64,000 nt of DNA from Limnochordia bacterium (lineage in GTDB: Bacteria > Bacillota > Limnochordia > DTU080), in NCBI GenBank assembly GCA_050951545.1, contig JBMNJG010000012.1, positions 160,001 to 224,000 of the forward strand. Direction: 5' to 3'. Every line of letters starts with the position of its first letter. Positions within the stretch are counted from its first letter, which is position 1. Both the position numbers and the translations under genes were made by a program. The notes below the pieces were generated by a model, which saw only the letters and a program-made list of their open reading frames with translations, was not told where the DNA came from and did no database searches. Positions 1-10,377 of the stretch are shown in pieces.

Positions 1-1931
1 CGCACTCTCTTGCTCAATGTGAGCGCGCCCTGCAGGGTCCGCGCAAAGACAGTACGGCCAAGCAAGAAGTCCACAGCTGACTTGGCGCTCGGATTGCAGG
101 AGATCAGGTCGGCAGCGACGCCGATAAACTCTGGGTGGGCAAGCGCTTGACGCTCGGCTGTTGAGAGCACGCGGTACCGCAAGGCATCGAGAGGCAGAAA
201 CGTTGCTCGTCCAGAGCGCGTGCGCTTGAGGAAGGCAATAGCTGCCTCAGCAGCCTGTTCGGAATGGGTAACGATGCTTTGCAGCGAGTTCCCTAGAGCG
301 GTCTCCACCGCCAAGTCCAACTCAGCAGGTACACGGATGAGATCGGCCACGGAGCCCAGGATGCCTTCTCCGAGCTCTCGGCGGGCCGCCAGCACACTGC
401 GTGCGCCCTGAAAATACCCTTCATAGGAGTCGGCCATACTCTCCAGGACGCGGAATCGAGACTCCACCTCACTCAGAAGCCGAGTCTGTTCTGAGTGCCT
501 CTTCTCTAGCTTGGTTCTCGCTGCAGCCGCTTCACGCAACCCCGCCTCAGTGGTCTCAGCAGTTAGCTGCACTTGCGTGAGCGCCGAGTTCAGCTCAGTG
601 AGCCTCGTATTCAGCTGCCCGCGTTCGGCTGCCACATCAGCAACTCGTTTCTCGTGAGCGGCGCGCTCACGCTCCAATCGTCTACGCTGAGACTCGGATT
701 GCTCCTCAGAGCCCTTTTCACTACGCAGTTCGCCTTCACAGAGTGCAGCGATGCGTTCGCTTTCGGCCAGACCTTGCCGTGCCTGATCCAGTTGCTCGGA
801 GAGCAAGTGCATCTCAAGTTCGCTTTCCGCTCGTGTTTCTTCAATGGCGGCGAGTACGGCGTTTTGGCTATCATGGGCGTGTCTGAGCCGTGTCAGGGCC
901 TCTGTCGCCTCGGTGCGTTGCTGTTGTGCTAGAGTAGCTTGGGCCTTCAGCTTGCTTAGTGCTTCGGCACTGCGCTGCAGGTCACGTTGTGCTTGGTGTT
1001 CCTTCTCCATCCCGAGCTCGATGCTGTGCGTAAGCTGTTGCTCGCGTTCACGTGCCGCCTGCAGCTTCTCCCTGGTGATCTCCATCTCGTCCTGATCGCG
1101 GTTAACCTTCTGCTCCAACTCGACGCGCCGTTCTTGTACGCTGTGGACCTCCGCAGATAGACTGTCTTTCTTGGCTACCAGGAGGGCGTGTCGCTCGGCT
1201 TCGCGCAGGGAACTCCGCTCAAGACGCCTTCTATCGTGATACAGGAGGGCCAATTCAAGCTCGCGCACTTTGGTGCTGAGCTGAAGGTGGTACCTGGCCT
1301 TCTCCGCTGCTTCCTGCAACGGTTCAAGACGATCAGTGATTTCAGCGATGAGATCATCCACACGCAGTAGATTCTCGGCGGTCTCGCTTAGCTTCTCTAT
1401 CGCCTCTTCCTTACGTGTGCGATAGCGCGTGACTCCAGCGGCGTCCTCCAGAAGAAGTCGCCGTTGCTCGGGCGCAGCATTCAAGACGGCATCGACTTCA
1501 CCCTGCCCAACAAGCGAGAGGGAGCCGCGGCCAATGCCGCTATCCAAGAGCATCTCCTGAATGTCACGTAGTCGGCATGGTGTCTTATTGATAGCGAACT
1601 GGCTGTCACCCGAGCGAAACACCCGCCGAGTAATAGTCACTTCGCTATAGTCCAATGGCAACAGGCCTGATGAATTGTCGAGACACATAGAGACTTCCGC
1701 CATGCCCAAAGCGCGTCGTGCATCACTGCCGGAGAAGATGATGTCTTGTACACGCGTGCCGCGCAGGGTGCGCACACTCTGCTCGCCCAAGACCCAGCGA
1801 ATAGCATCGGAGATATTGCTTTTGCCGCTGCCGTTAGGCCCGACAACAGCGGCCACCCCCGGCAGGAACGAGAGCTCTACACGGCTAGCAAATGACTTGA
1901 ATCCTTGCATAACAAGGCTCTTGAGATACAC
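1..1931 (-). CDS. smc: Chromosome segregation protein SMC (5' part; runs off the window start)
   Basis: GTG start at 1931 after a GGGG RBS; manual translation VYLKSLVMQGFKSF...VVGPNGSGKSNISDAIRWVLGEQ (SMC Walker A region), then coiled-coil sequence. Missing from the ORF track because its stop is outside the window. Confidence 0.95.
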   Translation of the reverse strand, partial: MYLKSLVMQGFKSFASRVELSFLPGVAAVVGPNGSGKSNISDAIRWVLGEQSVRTLRGTRVQDIIFSGSDARRALGMAEVSMCLDNSSGLLPLDYSEVTITRRVFRSGDSQFAINKTPCRLRDIQEMLLDSGIGRGSLSLVGQGEVDAVLNAAPEQRRLLLEDAAGVTRYRTRKEEAIEKLSETAENLLRVDDLIAEITDRLEPLQEAAEKARYHLQLSTKVRELELALLYHDRRRLERSSLREAERHALLVAKKDSLSAEVHSVQERRVELEQKVNRDQDEMEITREKLQAAREREQQLTHSIELGMEKEHQAQRDLQRSAEALSKLKAQATLAQQQRTEATEALTRLRHAHDSQNAVLAAIEETRAESELEMHLLSEQLDQARQGLAESERIAALCEGELRSEKGSEEQSESQRRRLERERAAHEKRVADVAAERGQLNTRLTELNSALTQVQLTAETTEAGLREAAAARTKLEKRHSEQTRLLSEVESRFRVLESMADSYEGYFQGARSVLAARRELGEGILGSVADLIRVPAELDLAVETALGNSLQSIVTHSEQAAEAAIAFLKRTRSGRATFLPLDALRYRVLSTAERQALAHPEFIGVAADLISCNPSAKSAVDFLLGRTVFARTLQGALTLSKRV

Positions 1932-2056
1932 GCTACGGCCCCTTTATGGCTAGGAACAGCAACTATGTAACTTCGCTGCCTGCCTCGAAAAGCCCTGCAG
2001 CAAGGATCCACAAAGCAGGGCATTGTCGATCGAGGGGGCTGAGAGCCATGATCCCG

Positions 2057-2749
2057 CTAGCTACCCATTCTCAGATTCAGGTAGAGGTCCTTGCGCTGGC
2101 GGACTTTGGTTGGCACCGAAGGATTGAGCAACGATCCATGGTTCCTGAGTATCCGACGCAACTTGGATTTGACCCGTGTGCGGGCGTTGTCGACGACTTT
2201 GGCCTTGACGCCTATCTCGCTCTCAATCTCGCTGCAAGAGTATCCCTGCAACAGATATGTTACTACTGTGTACTCTAGAAATGATAAATGAGCCCGTAGA
2301 ACCTCTTCAATTTTCTCATCGACTAGTTTGGACTCTATTCTATCGAGCGGATCGTAATCTGACTCTTTGTCGGAAATGAGATCGAGGACTGTACGGGTCT
2401 CTTCGACGTTGACAAAGCTTTGCAGTGATACCGCGGTGTTGAGAGCCTTGTGCTTATTGCCGTTGCTCTGCTTTATGACGTTGTACACCTTGCGGATGAT
2501 ACAGATGTAAGCGAAGGAGCTGAATTTGACATTGAACTCGTCGGGGCGGTATTCGTCAATAGCTGACAGCAACCCAATGAAACCTTCTTGCATAAGGTCG
2601 TCGAATTCAAGCGAAGGGGCGAAGTGCTTTCTTACGATGTGTTTGACCATGGGCAGGTACTTGCGAACCATCTCTTCTTTGACACGTCCCTCGCCCAGGC
2701 GGATGCGCTGCAGGAGCGCCAGGTCAGCTTCCTGGTTAGGGTCAAACAT
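2057..2749 (-). CDS. SigH-like RNA polymerase sigma factor (divergent)
   Basis: DDLMQEGFIGL, FSSFAYICIIR, KHKALN and VDNARTRVKSKL align to SigH regions 2 and 4; ATG 2749 follows a GAGGAGG RBS. Confidence 0.85.
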   Translation of the reverse strand: MFDPNQEADLALLQRIRLGEGRVKEEMVRKYLPMVKHIVRKHFAPSLEFDDLMQEGFIGLLSAIDEYRPDEFNVKFSSFAYICIIRKVYNVIKQSNGNKHKALNTAVSLQSFVNVEETRTVLDLISDKESDYDPLDRIESKLVDEKIEEVLRAHLSFLEYTVVTYLLQGYSCSEIESEIGVKAKVVDNARTRVKSKLRRILRNHGSLLNPSVPTKVRQRKDLYLNLRMGS

Positions 2750-2895
2750 GACAAATCCTCCTCGCTCCAGCATCCTTGCCGGACCCAAGGGGGGTGACCC
2801 CTTGTCCCATAGCATGGCTATGCTATGGCCTGATGCTATATGCCATGGTTCATGCGGCTCGATAGGTACCGAGAATCTGGACGAAATTCACGTTG

Positions 2896-3156
2896 CTAAC
2901 GCGGTTCCACGATGAACTTGATGGCTGTGCGCTCTTGACCGTCGATCGTGATTTCCGCAAACGCGGGAATGCACACTAGGTCGATTCCGTTGGGAGCTAC
3001 GAAGCCACGGGCAATGGCGATGGCTTTCACGGCTTGATTGACAGCTCCGGCACCGACAGCCTGCAGCTCAACTTTTCCGTCTTCGCGCAACACGGCGGCC
3101 AGCGCTCCTGCGACAGCTTTGGGCTTGGATGTTGCTGAAACCCTGAGTTCCTCCAT
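2896..3156 (-). CDS. spoVS: Stage V sporulation protein S
   Basis: MEELRVSATSKPKAVAGALA...QAVGAGAVNQAVKAIAIARGFVAP, 86 aa, classic SpoVS. Confidence 0.95.
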   Translation of the reverse strand: MEELRVSATSKPKAVAGALAAVLREDGKVELQAVGAGAVNQAVKAIAIARGFVAPNGIDLVCIPAFAEITIDGQERTAIKFIVEPR

Positions 3157-3348
3157 GTGGTTTCCCTCCTGCGATGCGAGCATCATAGTAGTTGGTGTCT
3201 TTCTGCAAGTGGGTAGGTTTGCCATATTTGAGGGCGTTTACGTGAGTGTGTGACTACTTCAGCGTCTTGAAGCGTTGTCCTGCATGCCATCTCGAAACGT
3301 CGGAGAAATAGCCATATGCGTGTGACAAACGGGAATCGGGCGGCTAGG

Positions 3349-4023
3349 CTAGTCGGAGGGGCGCACCTGCATCAGATTCAGCGCTTCTGCCGCGGCCTTC
3401 TGTTCAGCCTCTTTCTTGGAGCGGCCACAACCTTGACCCAAGCGCCGACCTCTATGTACGACCTCTACAGTGAATACCTTATCGTGGTCTGGACCCGACT
3501 CCTTAAGCACCCTGTACAAGGGCACTTGCTGTGACGATGCCTGTATGAGTTCCTGCAGGTGACCCTTGTAATCTTTGGCCGCGGGGTCAGCTAGGTCAGC
3601 CAACTGCGCAACCACGAAATCCCGTGCCGCGTGCCACCCGTGTCCGAGGTAGAGGGCACCGACTAGGGCTTCAAATGCATCTGCCAGTACGGAATCACGT
3701 TGGCGGCCCCCGCTCTTGTCCTCACCGCGTCCAAGGCGGACATACGAGCCGAGTTCTAGGGCCTGGGCAAGCCGAGCGAGTGACGACTCACTCACTGCTG
3801 TGGAGCGCGCTACAGTCAGTTCACCCTCCGATCGATGCGGGTACGCGCGGTAGAGATATTCAGTGTAGGCAAGCTCTATCACCGCATCGCCCAGAAACTC
3901 GAGCCGTTCGTTATCGGTTGCTCCTGGGTTCTCGCTAGCGTATGACTTGTGAGTGAGAGCCATGGTAAGCAGCGGCTCCGGTATGGACAACCCAAAAACT
4001 GATGTGATAGCGGGGTTGGTCAT
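3349..4023 (-). CDS. rnc: Ribonuclease III
   Basis: NERLEFLGDAV signature, ADAFEALVGA, and a C-terminal dsRBD (GRSKKEAEQKAA). Confidence 0.97.
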   Translation of the reverse strand: MTNPAITSVFGLSIPEPLLTMALTHKSYASENPGATDNERLEFLGDAVIELAYTEYLYRAYPHRSEGELTVARSTAVSESSLARLAQALELGSYVRLGRGEDKSGGRQRDSVLADAFEALVGALYLGHGWHAARDFVVAQLADLADPAAKDYKGHLQELIQASSQQVPLYRVLKESGPDHDKVFTVEVVHRGRRLGQGCGRSKKEAEQKAAAEALNLMQVRPSD

Positions 4024-4037
4024 GTGTCACTTCCACT

Positions 4038-4065
4038 CAGAGGGTCCGCATACACGGACCCTCTG
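4038..4065 (-). terminator. Stem-loop between fabF and rnc (terminator or RNase III processing site)
   Basis: Perfect 11-bp inverted repeat cagagggtccg/cggaccctctg; no U-tract. Confidence 0.45.
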
Positions 4066-4069
4066 TGAT

Positions 4070-5320
4070 CTAGACTTTGTTGTGATATCTCCGAAAGACT
4101 AACACTGCATTATGGCCTCCGAACCCGAAAGAGTTTGACATAGCTACATCCACGTCATGCATACGAGCCTGGTTTGGGACGTAGTCGAGATCGCAATCAG
4201 GGTCGGGGACTTCGTAGTTTATCGTAGGAGGGATGATGCCAGTTTCGAGTGTCTTGACGCAGATGATCGCTTCGACTCCTCCAGCTGCGCCTAGAAGATG
4301 TCCGGTCATCGACTTGGTCGAGCTGACAGGAACTTGATAGGCATGCTCACCAAAGACCCGTTTGATCGCCAACGTTTCGACGTAATCGTTCTTCAGCGTT
4401 GAGGTACCGTGAGCGTTGATATAACCTACACTCTCCGGTGTGAGACCAGCATCCTCCAGTGCAAGCTGCATAGCCCTGGCGGCACCCTCGCCATCAGGAG
4501 CAGGGTCCGTAATGTGGTATGCGTCGCCAGTGCTGCCATAGCCTACGACCTCGGCGTAGATATGGGCCCCACGCCGTTTCGCGTGCTCTAGCTCCTCAAG
4601 CAACACGATGCCCGCGCCCTCCGCCATGACGAACCCATCGCGGAGTTTGTCAAAGGGGCGCGAGGCACGCTGAGGGTCATCATTGCGGGTGGAGAGTGTT
4701 CTGGCAGCACAGAAACCAGCCATGGCTAGTTCACCGATTGCTGCTTCCGCTCCACCCGCTACCATGCCGTCTGCCATGCCGTATTGGATGATCCGCGCAG
4801 CGTCGCCTATGGAGTTGGTACCCGAAGCACAGGCAGTGACGGTGCAGGCATTGTGGCCTCGAAGACCGAAAGCGATGGCAACCTGCCCTGCCGCCATATC
4901 AGGTATCATCATCGGCACAAAGAACGGGCTGACTCGATTTGGGCCTTTTAGCACCAAGGCTCGGCATTGGTCATGCATAGTCAGCATGCCACCTATCCCA
5001 GAGCCAATGACGACCCCAACTCGATCGAGATCCACTGAATCCAGATCCAAGCGCGCATCATCTAGGGCGAGCCGGGTAGCCGCGACAGCGAACTGGGCGA
5101 AGCGGTCAGTGCGTCTGGCGTCCTTGCGGTCCATGAAATCCGTTGGATCGAAGTCGGACACCTCCGCCGCGATTCGACTTGTGAGTCTTGACGCATCAAA
5201 GACACGGATGGTGCCAACACCTGGCACACCGGCCTGGATGGAAGACCACAACTGAGAAATACCTGTACCGCACGACGTCACAGCGCCTAAGCCAGTGACT
5301 ACCACTCGCCTCTTCACCAC
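4070..5320 (-). CDS. fabF: 3-oxoacyl-ACP synthase II
   Basis: [44 protein letters not shown]. Confidence 0.97.
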   Translation of the reverse strand: MVKRRVVVTGLGAVTSCGTGISQLWSSIQAGVPGVGTIRVFDASRLTSRIAAEVSDFDPTDFMDRKDARRTDRFAQFAVAATRLALDDARLDLDSVDLDRVGVVIGSGIGGMLTMHDQCRALVLKGPNRVSPFFVPMMIPDMAAGQVAIAFGLRGHNACTVTACASGTNSIGDAARIIQYGMADGMVAGGAEAAIGELAMAGFCAARTLSTRNDDPQRASRPFDKLRDGFVMAEGAGIVLLEELEHAKRRGAHIYAEVVGYGSTGDAYHITDPAPDGEGAARAMQLALEDAGLTPESVGYINAHGTSTLKNDYVETLAIKRVFGEHAYQVPVSSTKSMTGHLLGAAGGVEAIICVKTLETGIIPPTINYEVPDPDCDLDYVPNQARMHDVDVAMSNSFGFGGHNAVLVFRRYHNKV

Positions 5321-5347
5321 AACCCACCTCCGATAGATTGCCGCTGG

Positions 5348-5584
5348 CTAGCCCTCCACCTTCGCCTTGATGTACTTTACTGCAGCTCCCACAGTGGTGA
5401 TCTTCTCTGCATCTTCATCAGGGATCTCCAGTTCAAACTCTTCTTCGAATGCCATCACCAGTTCTACAATGTCGAGCGAGTCGGCCCCCAGGTCGTCGAC
5501 AAAGGAAGCCTCGACTGTAACCTCCTCTGTGTCAACACCCAGTTGGTCTACCACCAGTTCTCGTACGCGCTCCAAGATGTCCAC
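5348..5584 (-). CDS. acpP: Acyl carrier protein
   Basis: [20 protein letters not shown]; GTG start at 5584 after GAAGGGGGTGA. Confidence 0.97.
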   Translation of the reverse strand: MDILERVRELVVDQLGVDTEEVTVEASFVDDLGADSLDIVELVMAFEEEFELEIPDEDAEKITTVGAAVKYIKAKVEG

Positions 5585-5630
5585 AAAGTCACCCCCTTCA
5601 TACCAACTATATCTGTTACCTGTGTGACCC

Positions 5631-6371
5631 TCACATAGCCAATCCACCATCCACAACAAGGGTCTGCCCTGTGATATATGCGGCATCGTCACTTGCCAGA
5701 AAAGCTATTGCTGCCGCTATCTCTTCGGGTCTGCCCGTGCGTCCCATGGGAATACTCTCCTGAAGACGCTCTCGTTGTGGCAAAGGCAGGGCTTGTGTCA
5801 TGTGAGTCTCTATGTAGCCCGGGGCCACAGCATTGACCCTCACGTTGCGGGAAGCCACCTCTTTGGCCAAGCTTTTGGTAAGACCCAGGATGCCCGCTTT
5901 GGCGGCCGCATAGTTTGCTTGGCCAGCGTTGCCGATAACCCCTACAATCGAGCTTACGTTGACGATGCATCCTGTACGTGCTTTGATCATCGGACGCAGT
6001 ACAGCCTTGCAGCACCGATAGACACCCTTGAGATTGGTGTCGAGCACAAGATCCCAGTCGTCTTCACCCATGCGCAACATAAGTGCGTCCCTCGTAACGC
6101 CTGCGTTGTTAACGAGAATGTCAATGCGACCAAACTCAGCAAGTACCTTCGCTACCGCTGCCTCGCAAGAACTGGTCGATGTGACATCGAGGGTTACAGC
6201 TAGGCTTGGGTTCGCAGTCCGTGGCAGCTCGGTTACAACCTTTTGCGCTGCAGCAATGTCACGTGCACAGACGGCTACGGCGGTGCCCGTGGCCGCAAGT
6301 CTTTCAGCGACCGCGCGTCCCAAGCCTCTGTTTGCTCCCGTTACGATGGCGATCTTCCCAGCAAGACTCAT
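5631..6371 (-). CDS. fabG: 3-oxoacyl-ACP reductase
   Basis: [12 protein letters not shown] and YAAAK SDR motifs; fab operon context. Confidence 0.95.
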   Translation of the reverse strand: MSLAGKIAIVTGANRGLGRAVAERLAATGTAVAVCARDIAAAQKVVTELPRTANPSLAVTLDVTSTSSCEAAVAKVLAEFGRIDILVNNAGVTRDALMLRMGEDDWDLVLDTNLKGVYRCCKAVLRPMIKARTGCIVNVSSIVGVIGNAGQANYAAAKAGILGLTKSLAKEVASRNVRVNAVAPGYIETHMTQALPLPQRERLQESIPMGRTGRPEEIAAAIAFLASDDAAYITGQTLVVDGGLAM

Positions 6372-7315
6372 CTTACACCATTCCCTTTCGCCCACGCAAC
6401 GAATCTGCTCCAACCTGCGGGATTCTCAACACTGAACACTCGAGCTTCGGGGTCAATGCGTCGCACGAGACCCGAGAGTACTCGCCCTGGCCCTAACTCC
6501 ACAAACGTGTTTACCCCGTCAGCGCGCATGGTCTGAACCGTCTCTTCCCAGCGCACTGGTGAACTCACCTGAGTCACCAATGCCTCCAGAATCTCATCGG
6601 GATCTCGTACAGCTCTAGCATACGCGTTGCAGTAGACAGGTAGATCACATGGCTTGAGGTCTACTTCGTGGAGAGATTCCCGTAGGCACCCTCCTGCTGA
6701 TTTAAGCAGACTGGAGTGGAAAGGGCCACTGACACTTAATGGTTGAACTCGACGCGCACCAGCCTCCAGCGCAAGACGCATCGCTGTCTCTACGCCTTGC
6801 AGCGTCCCTGCTATCACAACCTGACCTCCGCCGTTAAGCGTGGCAAGCTCGACGACGCCCCGCCCACCAGCAGCGGCACAGATCTCCTCCACTTGCTGAG
6901 CGTGCATTCCCAGTACAGCTGCCATAGTGCCCGTGCCGGGTGGGACAGCTTCCTCCATGAAACGAGCCCGGAGACGCACAGTTCGCACGGCGTCTGCCAA
7001 GGACAGACACCCAGCAGCCACCAGGGCAGAGTACTCACCAAGACTATGGCCCGCCACGCAATACGGCTGGACTACCGATGCTGCTAAGCGGGCAATAGCC
7101 ACACTTAGCGAGACGATCGCTGGCTGTGTGTAGTAGGTCTGTCCCAGGCGCTCCGCTGGTCCATGAAACAGAAGCTCTGAGAGAGGTTCTCCTAGGGCTT
7201 TCTCCGCCTCACGCAGGGCCTGTGCTACCACAGGGAAGGCCTCGGCGAGTTCTTGGCCCATACCGACGTACTGCGCTCCCTGACCCGGGAAAATGAAAGC
7301 AATCCGTTCCACCAC
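6368..7315 (-). CDS. fabD: Malonyl-CoA:ACP transacylase
   Basis: FPGQGAQYVGMG, GHSLGEY, VSGPFHS. Confidence 0.96.
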   Translation of the reverse strand: MVERIAFIFPGQGAQYVGMGQELAEAFPVVAQALREAEKALGEPLSELLFHGPAERLGQTYYTQPAIVSLSVAIARLAASVVQPYCVAGHSLGEYSALVAAGCLSLADAVRTVRLRARFMEEAVPPGTGTMAAVLGMHAQQVEEICAAAGGRGVVELATLNGGGQVVIAGTLQGVETAMRLALEAGARRVQPLSVSGPFHSSLLKSAGGCLRESLHEVDLKPCDLPVYCNAYARAVRDPDEILEALVTQVSSPVRWEETVQTMRADGVNTFVELGPGRVLSGLVRRIDPEARVFSVENPAGWSRFVAWAKGNGVR

Positions 7316-7317
7316 AG

Positions 7318-8316
7318 CTAGTCCCGCTCCTTCGGTCCGGTCCACTGCAGTGCTAGCGCGCCCCATGTGAGGCCAGCTCCAAACCCTACAAGCACAAGGT
7401 GGTCTCCAGGGCTTACTCGACCTTCTTCAACAGCCTCACTGAGCGCGATAGCAACCGATGCCGCTGAGGTATTCCCGTACTTGTGCACATTAGCGAAGAC
7501 ACGCTCAGGGGGTAGGCCCAGCCTTCTGGCAGCAGCATCGATGATCCGGATATTGGCCTGATGAGGCAGAAAGAGCTCAATATCTTCCGAGGAAAGCCCC
7601 GCACGATCGAGCACCTTTAGAGAGGCATCGCTCATGATACGGACAGCGAACTTGAACACCTCGTTGCCCGCCATGTGAATGTAGTGCTTGCCAGCGTGTT
7701 GAGTCTCCTCACCCGTCGAATAGCGCGATTGGGCGGTTGGGATAAACAGCTTGTCTCCTCCGGTACCGTCTGCTCCCAATAAGGTAGCCAGGACCCCTCC
7801 CTTGGAGACTGGTCCCATGACACAGGCACCCGCCCCGTCGCCAAAGAGAACACAGGTGCTGCGGTCAGACCAATCGGTGATGCGTGAGAGCACATCAGCA
7901 CCGATCACCAAGACCCGATTGCTGGCGCCAGACTCAATACAGGAGGCAGCCATACCTATTGCATAAATGAAACCAGAGCAGCCCGCTGACAAGTCGAAGG
8001 CTGCGGCATGCTCTGCGCCCAAGCGCGCCTGCACCAGGCAAGACGTAGCAGGGAATGGCATGTCTGGCGTTACGGTAGCGACGATGATTAGGTCAATCTC
8101 ATCCGATGCGATGCCTGCATGCCGCAGAGCTGCTTCGGCTGCCCTGCTTGCCAGGTCAGAGGTGGTTTCATCTGCTGCTGCTATACGTCTCTCCTTGATC
8201 CCGGTGCGCGTGGTGATCCATTCATCGCTCGTCTCAACCATTTTCTCTAGGTCTGCGTTTGTGAGAACTCGCTCCGGAAGGGCTCGTCCCACGCCCCAGA
8301 TGCCTGCCTTCCGCAT
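7318..8316 (-). CDS. fabH: 3-oxoacyl-ACP synthase III
   Basis: WITTRTGIKERR, AGCSGF, HQANIRI, YGNTSAAS. Confidence 0.96.
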   Translation of the reverse strand: MRKAGIWGVGRALPERVLTNADLEKMVETSDEWITTRTGIKERRIAAADETTSDLASRAAEAALRHAGIASDEIDLIIVATVTPDMPFPATSCLVQARLGAEHAAAFDLSAGCSGFIYAIGMAASCIESGASNRVLVIGADVLSRITDWSDRSTCVLFGDGAGACVMGPVSKGGVLATLLGADGTGGDKLFIPTAQSRYSTGEETQHAGKHYIHMAGNEVFKFAVRIMSDASLKVLDRAGLSSEDIELFLPHQANIRIIDAAARRLGLPPERVFANVHKYGNTSAASVAIALSEAVEEGRVSPGDHLVLVGFGAGLTWGALALQWTGPKERD

Positions 8317-8388
8317 AGTACCAACCCCCCAGAAGATCGTGTTACGCTGTGCGGGCATGTCGGTGCCTTGAATCTTCGACACGCGTGC

Positions 8389-9378
8389 TCACGTGCGACC
8401 AGTGGCAAACGCCCGAATGTGACTGGTCACATCTTGCTCCACCGCTTCCTTCGCTACTCGAATAGCATTAAAGATGGCAGGCGCATCTGACGATCCGTGC
8501 GAGATAACGCAGATACCATCTACGCCTAGAAGCGGAGCCCCTCCGTACTCAGAGTAATCAAGGCGCGCCTTGACTCTCTGCAGTGCGTCCGTAATCAGTA
8601 GGCCACCTACCCTCGACTTTAGATCGGCGGATAGCGCATCGCGCAGTAGTAGGAAAATCGTTCTGGCCATACCTTCAGCGAACTTCAGCACCACATTGCC
8701 CACGAAACCGTCGCAGATGATGACATCGACACGACCGGACAAAATGTCCCTGCCTTCAATGTTGCCGACAAAATTGATCTGTGGCAACGCCTTCAACCGA
8801 GGAAAGACCTCCAGGACGAGCTCGCATCCTTTGGTCTCTTCTTCACCAATGTTCAGCAAACCCACGCGAGGTTTTTGCATGCCCAAAACTCGTTCTGCAT
8901 ATACCGAACCCATTCGTGCGTACTGAACCAGATGGTTGGGCTTAGCGTTGACGTGAGCACCAGCGTCTAGTAGCACACAGCGCCCCTCTGGGGTTGGCAT
9001 CACCGTACCTATCGCCGGACGCTCAATACCCTTGATGCGTCCCCAACTCAGGAGCGTGGCTACCATGGCAGCTCCAGTGCTCCCGGCACTCACCAAGGCA
9101 TCAGCACGGCCCTCTTTGACACTTCTAGCCGCCACTACGATAGAAGCATCTTTCTTCTTACGGGCGGCTCTTATCGCCAGGTCTTGCATCTCGATGACGT
9201 CAGACGCATGAAGAATCTCGATTCCGCTTCTGGGCAGATCAGCGAGCACAGGTTCGATGCGCTGTTGGTGACCCACAAGCAAGACTTCAACACCTAGTTC
9301 TTGAGCCGCGAGACTCGCCCCTTTGATGACCTCATCGGGGGCAAGGTCGCCTCCCATGGCGTCCACAGCGATTCGCAA
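8389..9378 (-). CDS. plsX: Phosphate acyltransferase PlsX
   Basis: RIAVDAMGGDLAP, LLNIGEEETKG, CDGFVGNVVLK. Confidence 0.97.
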   Translation of the reverse strand: MRIAVDAMGGDLAPDEVIKGASLAAQELGVEVLLVGHQQRIEPVLADLPRSGIEILHASDVIEMQDLAIRAARKKKDASIVVAARSVKEGRADALVSAGSTGAAMVATLLSWGRIKGIERPAIGTVMPTPEGRCVLLDAGAHVNAKPNHLVQYARMGSVYAERVLGMQKPRVGLLNIGEEETKGCELVLEVFPRLKALPQINFVGNIEGRDILSGRVDVIICDGFVGNVVLKFAEGMARTIFLLLRDALSADLKSRVGGLLITDALQRVKARLDYSEYGGAPLLGVDGICVISHGSSDAPAIFNAIRVAKEAVEQDVTSHIRAFATGRT

Positions 9379-9499
9379 TGCCGCTCCACTTCCTCAACCA
9401 TTGCAGGATGTTGCGCTTGTAGCAAAAAAGCACCGTAGCGCAGACACGGTGCCTTTCGGGCAGTCACCAGCTATGGCGTGGCCGCGATGCCGTTGCCAT

Positions 9500-9703
9500 T
9501 TACTGGGACGTTTCCGTTCTTTTTTTGCTACTAATCTCGAGCACTTGCCTCCCCGCATACGTACCACACTTGCCACATACGCGGTGGGGAAGTCTAGGTT
9601 CGTGACAACGTGAACACTCAACGGTTTGAGCAGCCACCGCCGACCAAGTTGATCTGCGTAACCTAGTGCGCGACTTTGACTGACGTCTCTTCGGATTGGC
9701 CAT
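9500..9703 (-). CDS. rpmF: 50S ribosomal protein L32
   Basis: MANPKRRQSKSR...CSRC...PHRVCGKCGTY; downstream of yceD. Confidence 0.95.
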   Translation of the reverse strand: MANPKRRQSKSRTRLRRSTWSAVAAQTVECSRCHEPRLPHRVCGKCGTYAGRQVLEISSKKRTETSQ

Positions 9704-9716
9704 GCGCGTACTCCTT

Positions 9717-10280
9717 TCAAGCATCCCCCGAATCGGTGTCGTGTTCATCATCAAGCAGGCGAGCGAGCTGAGCCAAACGGGGGTCAATGGTGTCATGCTG
9801 GCAGGCGCAATCGCCGCTATTGAGTTCCTTGCCACAAGTGGAGCAAAGGCCTAAGCAATTGGCCATGCACAGCGCTTTCGAAGGCAATGCAAGCAACAGC
9901 TGTTCGCGCACCGCCTCCGTGATATCTACTACATCACCATGAAACACGCTCACTTCGGCGAACTGGTTGTCAACTTCACGACCCAGGTCACCGCCATCGT
10001 TATCTTGGCTGGTAGCTGGGAGGTACTCCTCTTCAAGTGAAGCGACTAGGTGGTGACGAAAACGTCGTAAGCAGCGATCACACTGCAACTCCAAGTCTGT
10101 GCTGACTTCGCCGCGCACCAGAAATCCAGGCCCTGTACCTGTTATCGTGGCCTCAATGTCCAGCGGCGAGCATTGCGTTACAGACTCATCCCACTCCAGC
10201 CCTGCCAACGTGGTGACAGAGAAACGGATCTCTCGGCTTGCCCCAGGATCACCCTTCAATGAGCTTATGTTGATTAGCAT
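9717..10280 (-). CDS. YceD/DUF177 family protein
   Basis: CDRCL, LLLALP, CLGLCSTCG and IDPRLAQL motifs; conserved position before rpmF. Confidence 0.92.
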   Translation of the reverse strand: MLINISSLKGDPGASREIRFSVTTLAGLEWDESVTQCSPLDIEATITGTGPGFLVRGEVSTDLELQCDRCLRRFRHHLVASLEEEYLPATSQDNDGGDLGREVDNQFAEVSVFHGDVVDITEAVREQLLLALPSKALCMANCLGLCSTCGKELNSGDCACQHDTIDPRLAQLARLLDDEHDTDSGDA

Positions 10281-10294
10281 GATCTCACCCCGCC

Positions 10295-10324
10295 ATTATA
10301 GCTACGTGCAATCGCCTCTGTCAA
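10295..10324 (-). promoter_or_regulatory. Sigma-A promoter of the yceD-rpmF-plsX-fab operon
   Basis: TTGACA (10324-10319), 18 nt, TATAAT (10300-10295) on the minus strand, just upstream of the yceD start. Confidence 0.75.
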
Positions 10325-10377
10325 GCAATATGCCCCTAGACGCCTCTCGGTACCAGAGACCAGTAACGCCAAGCCGT

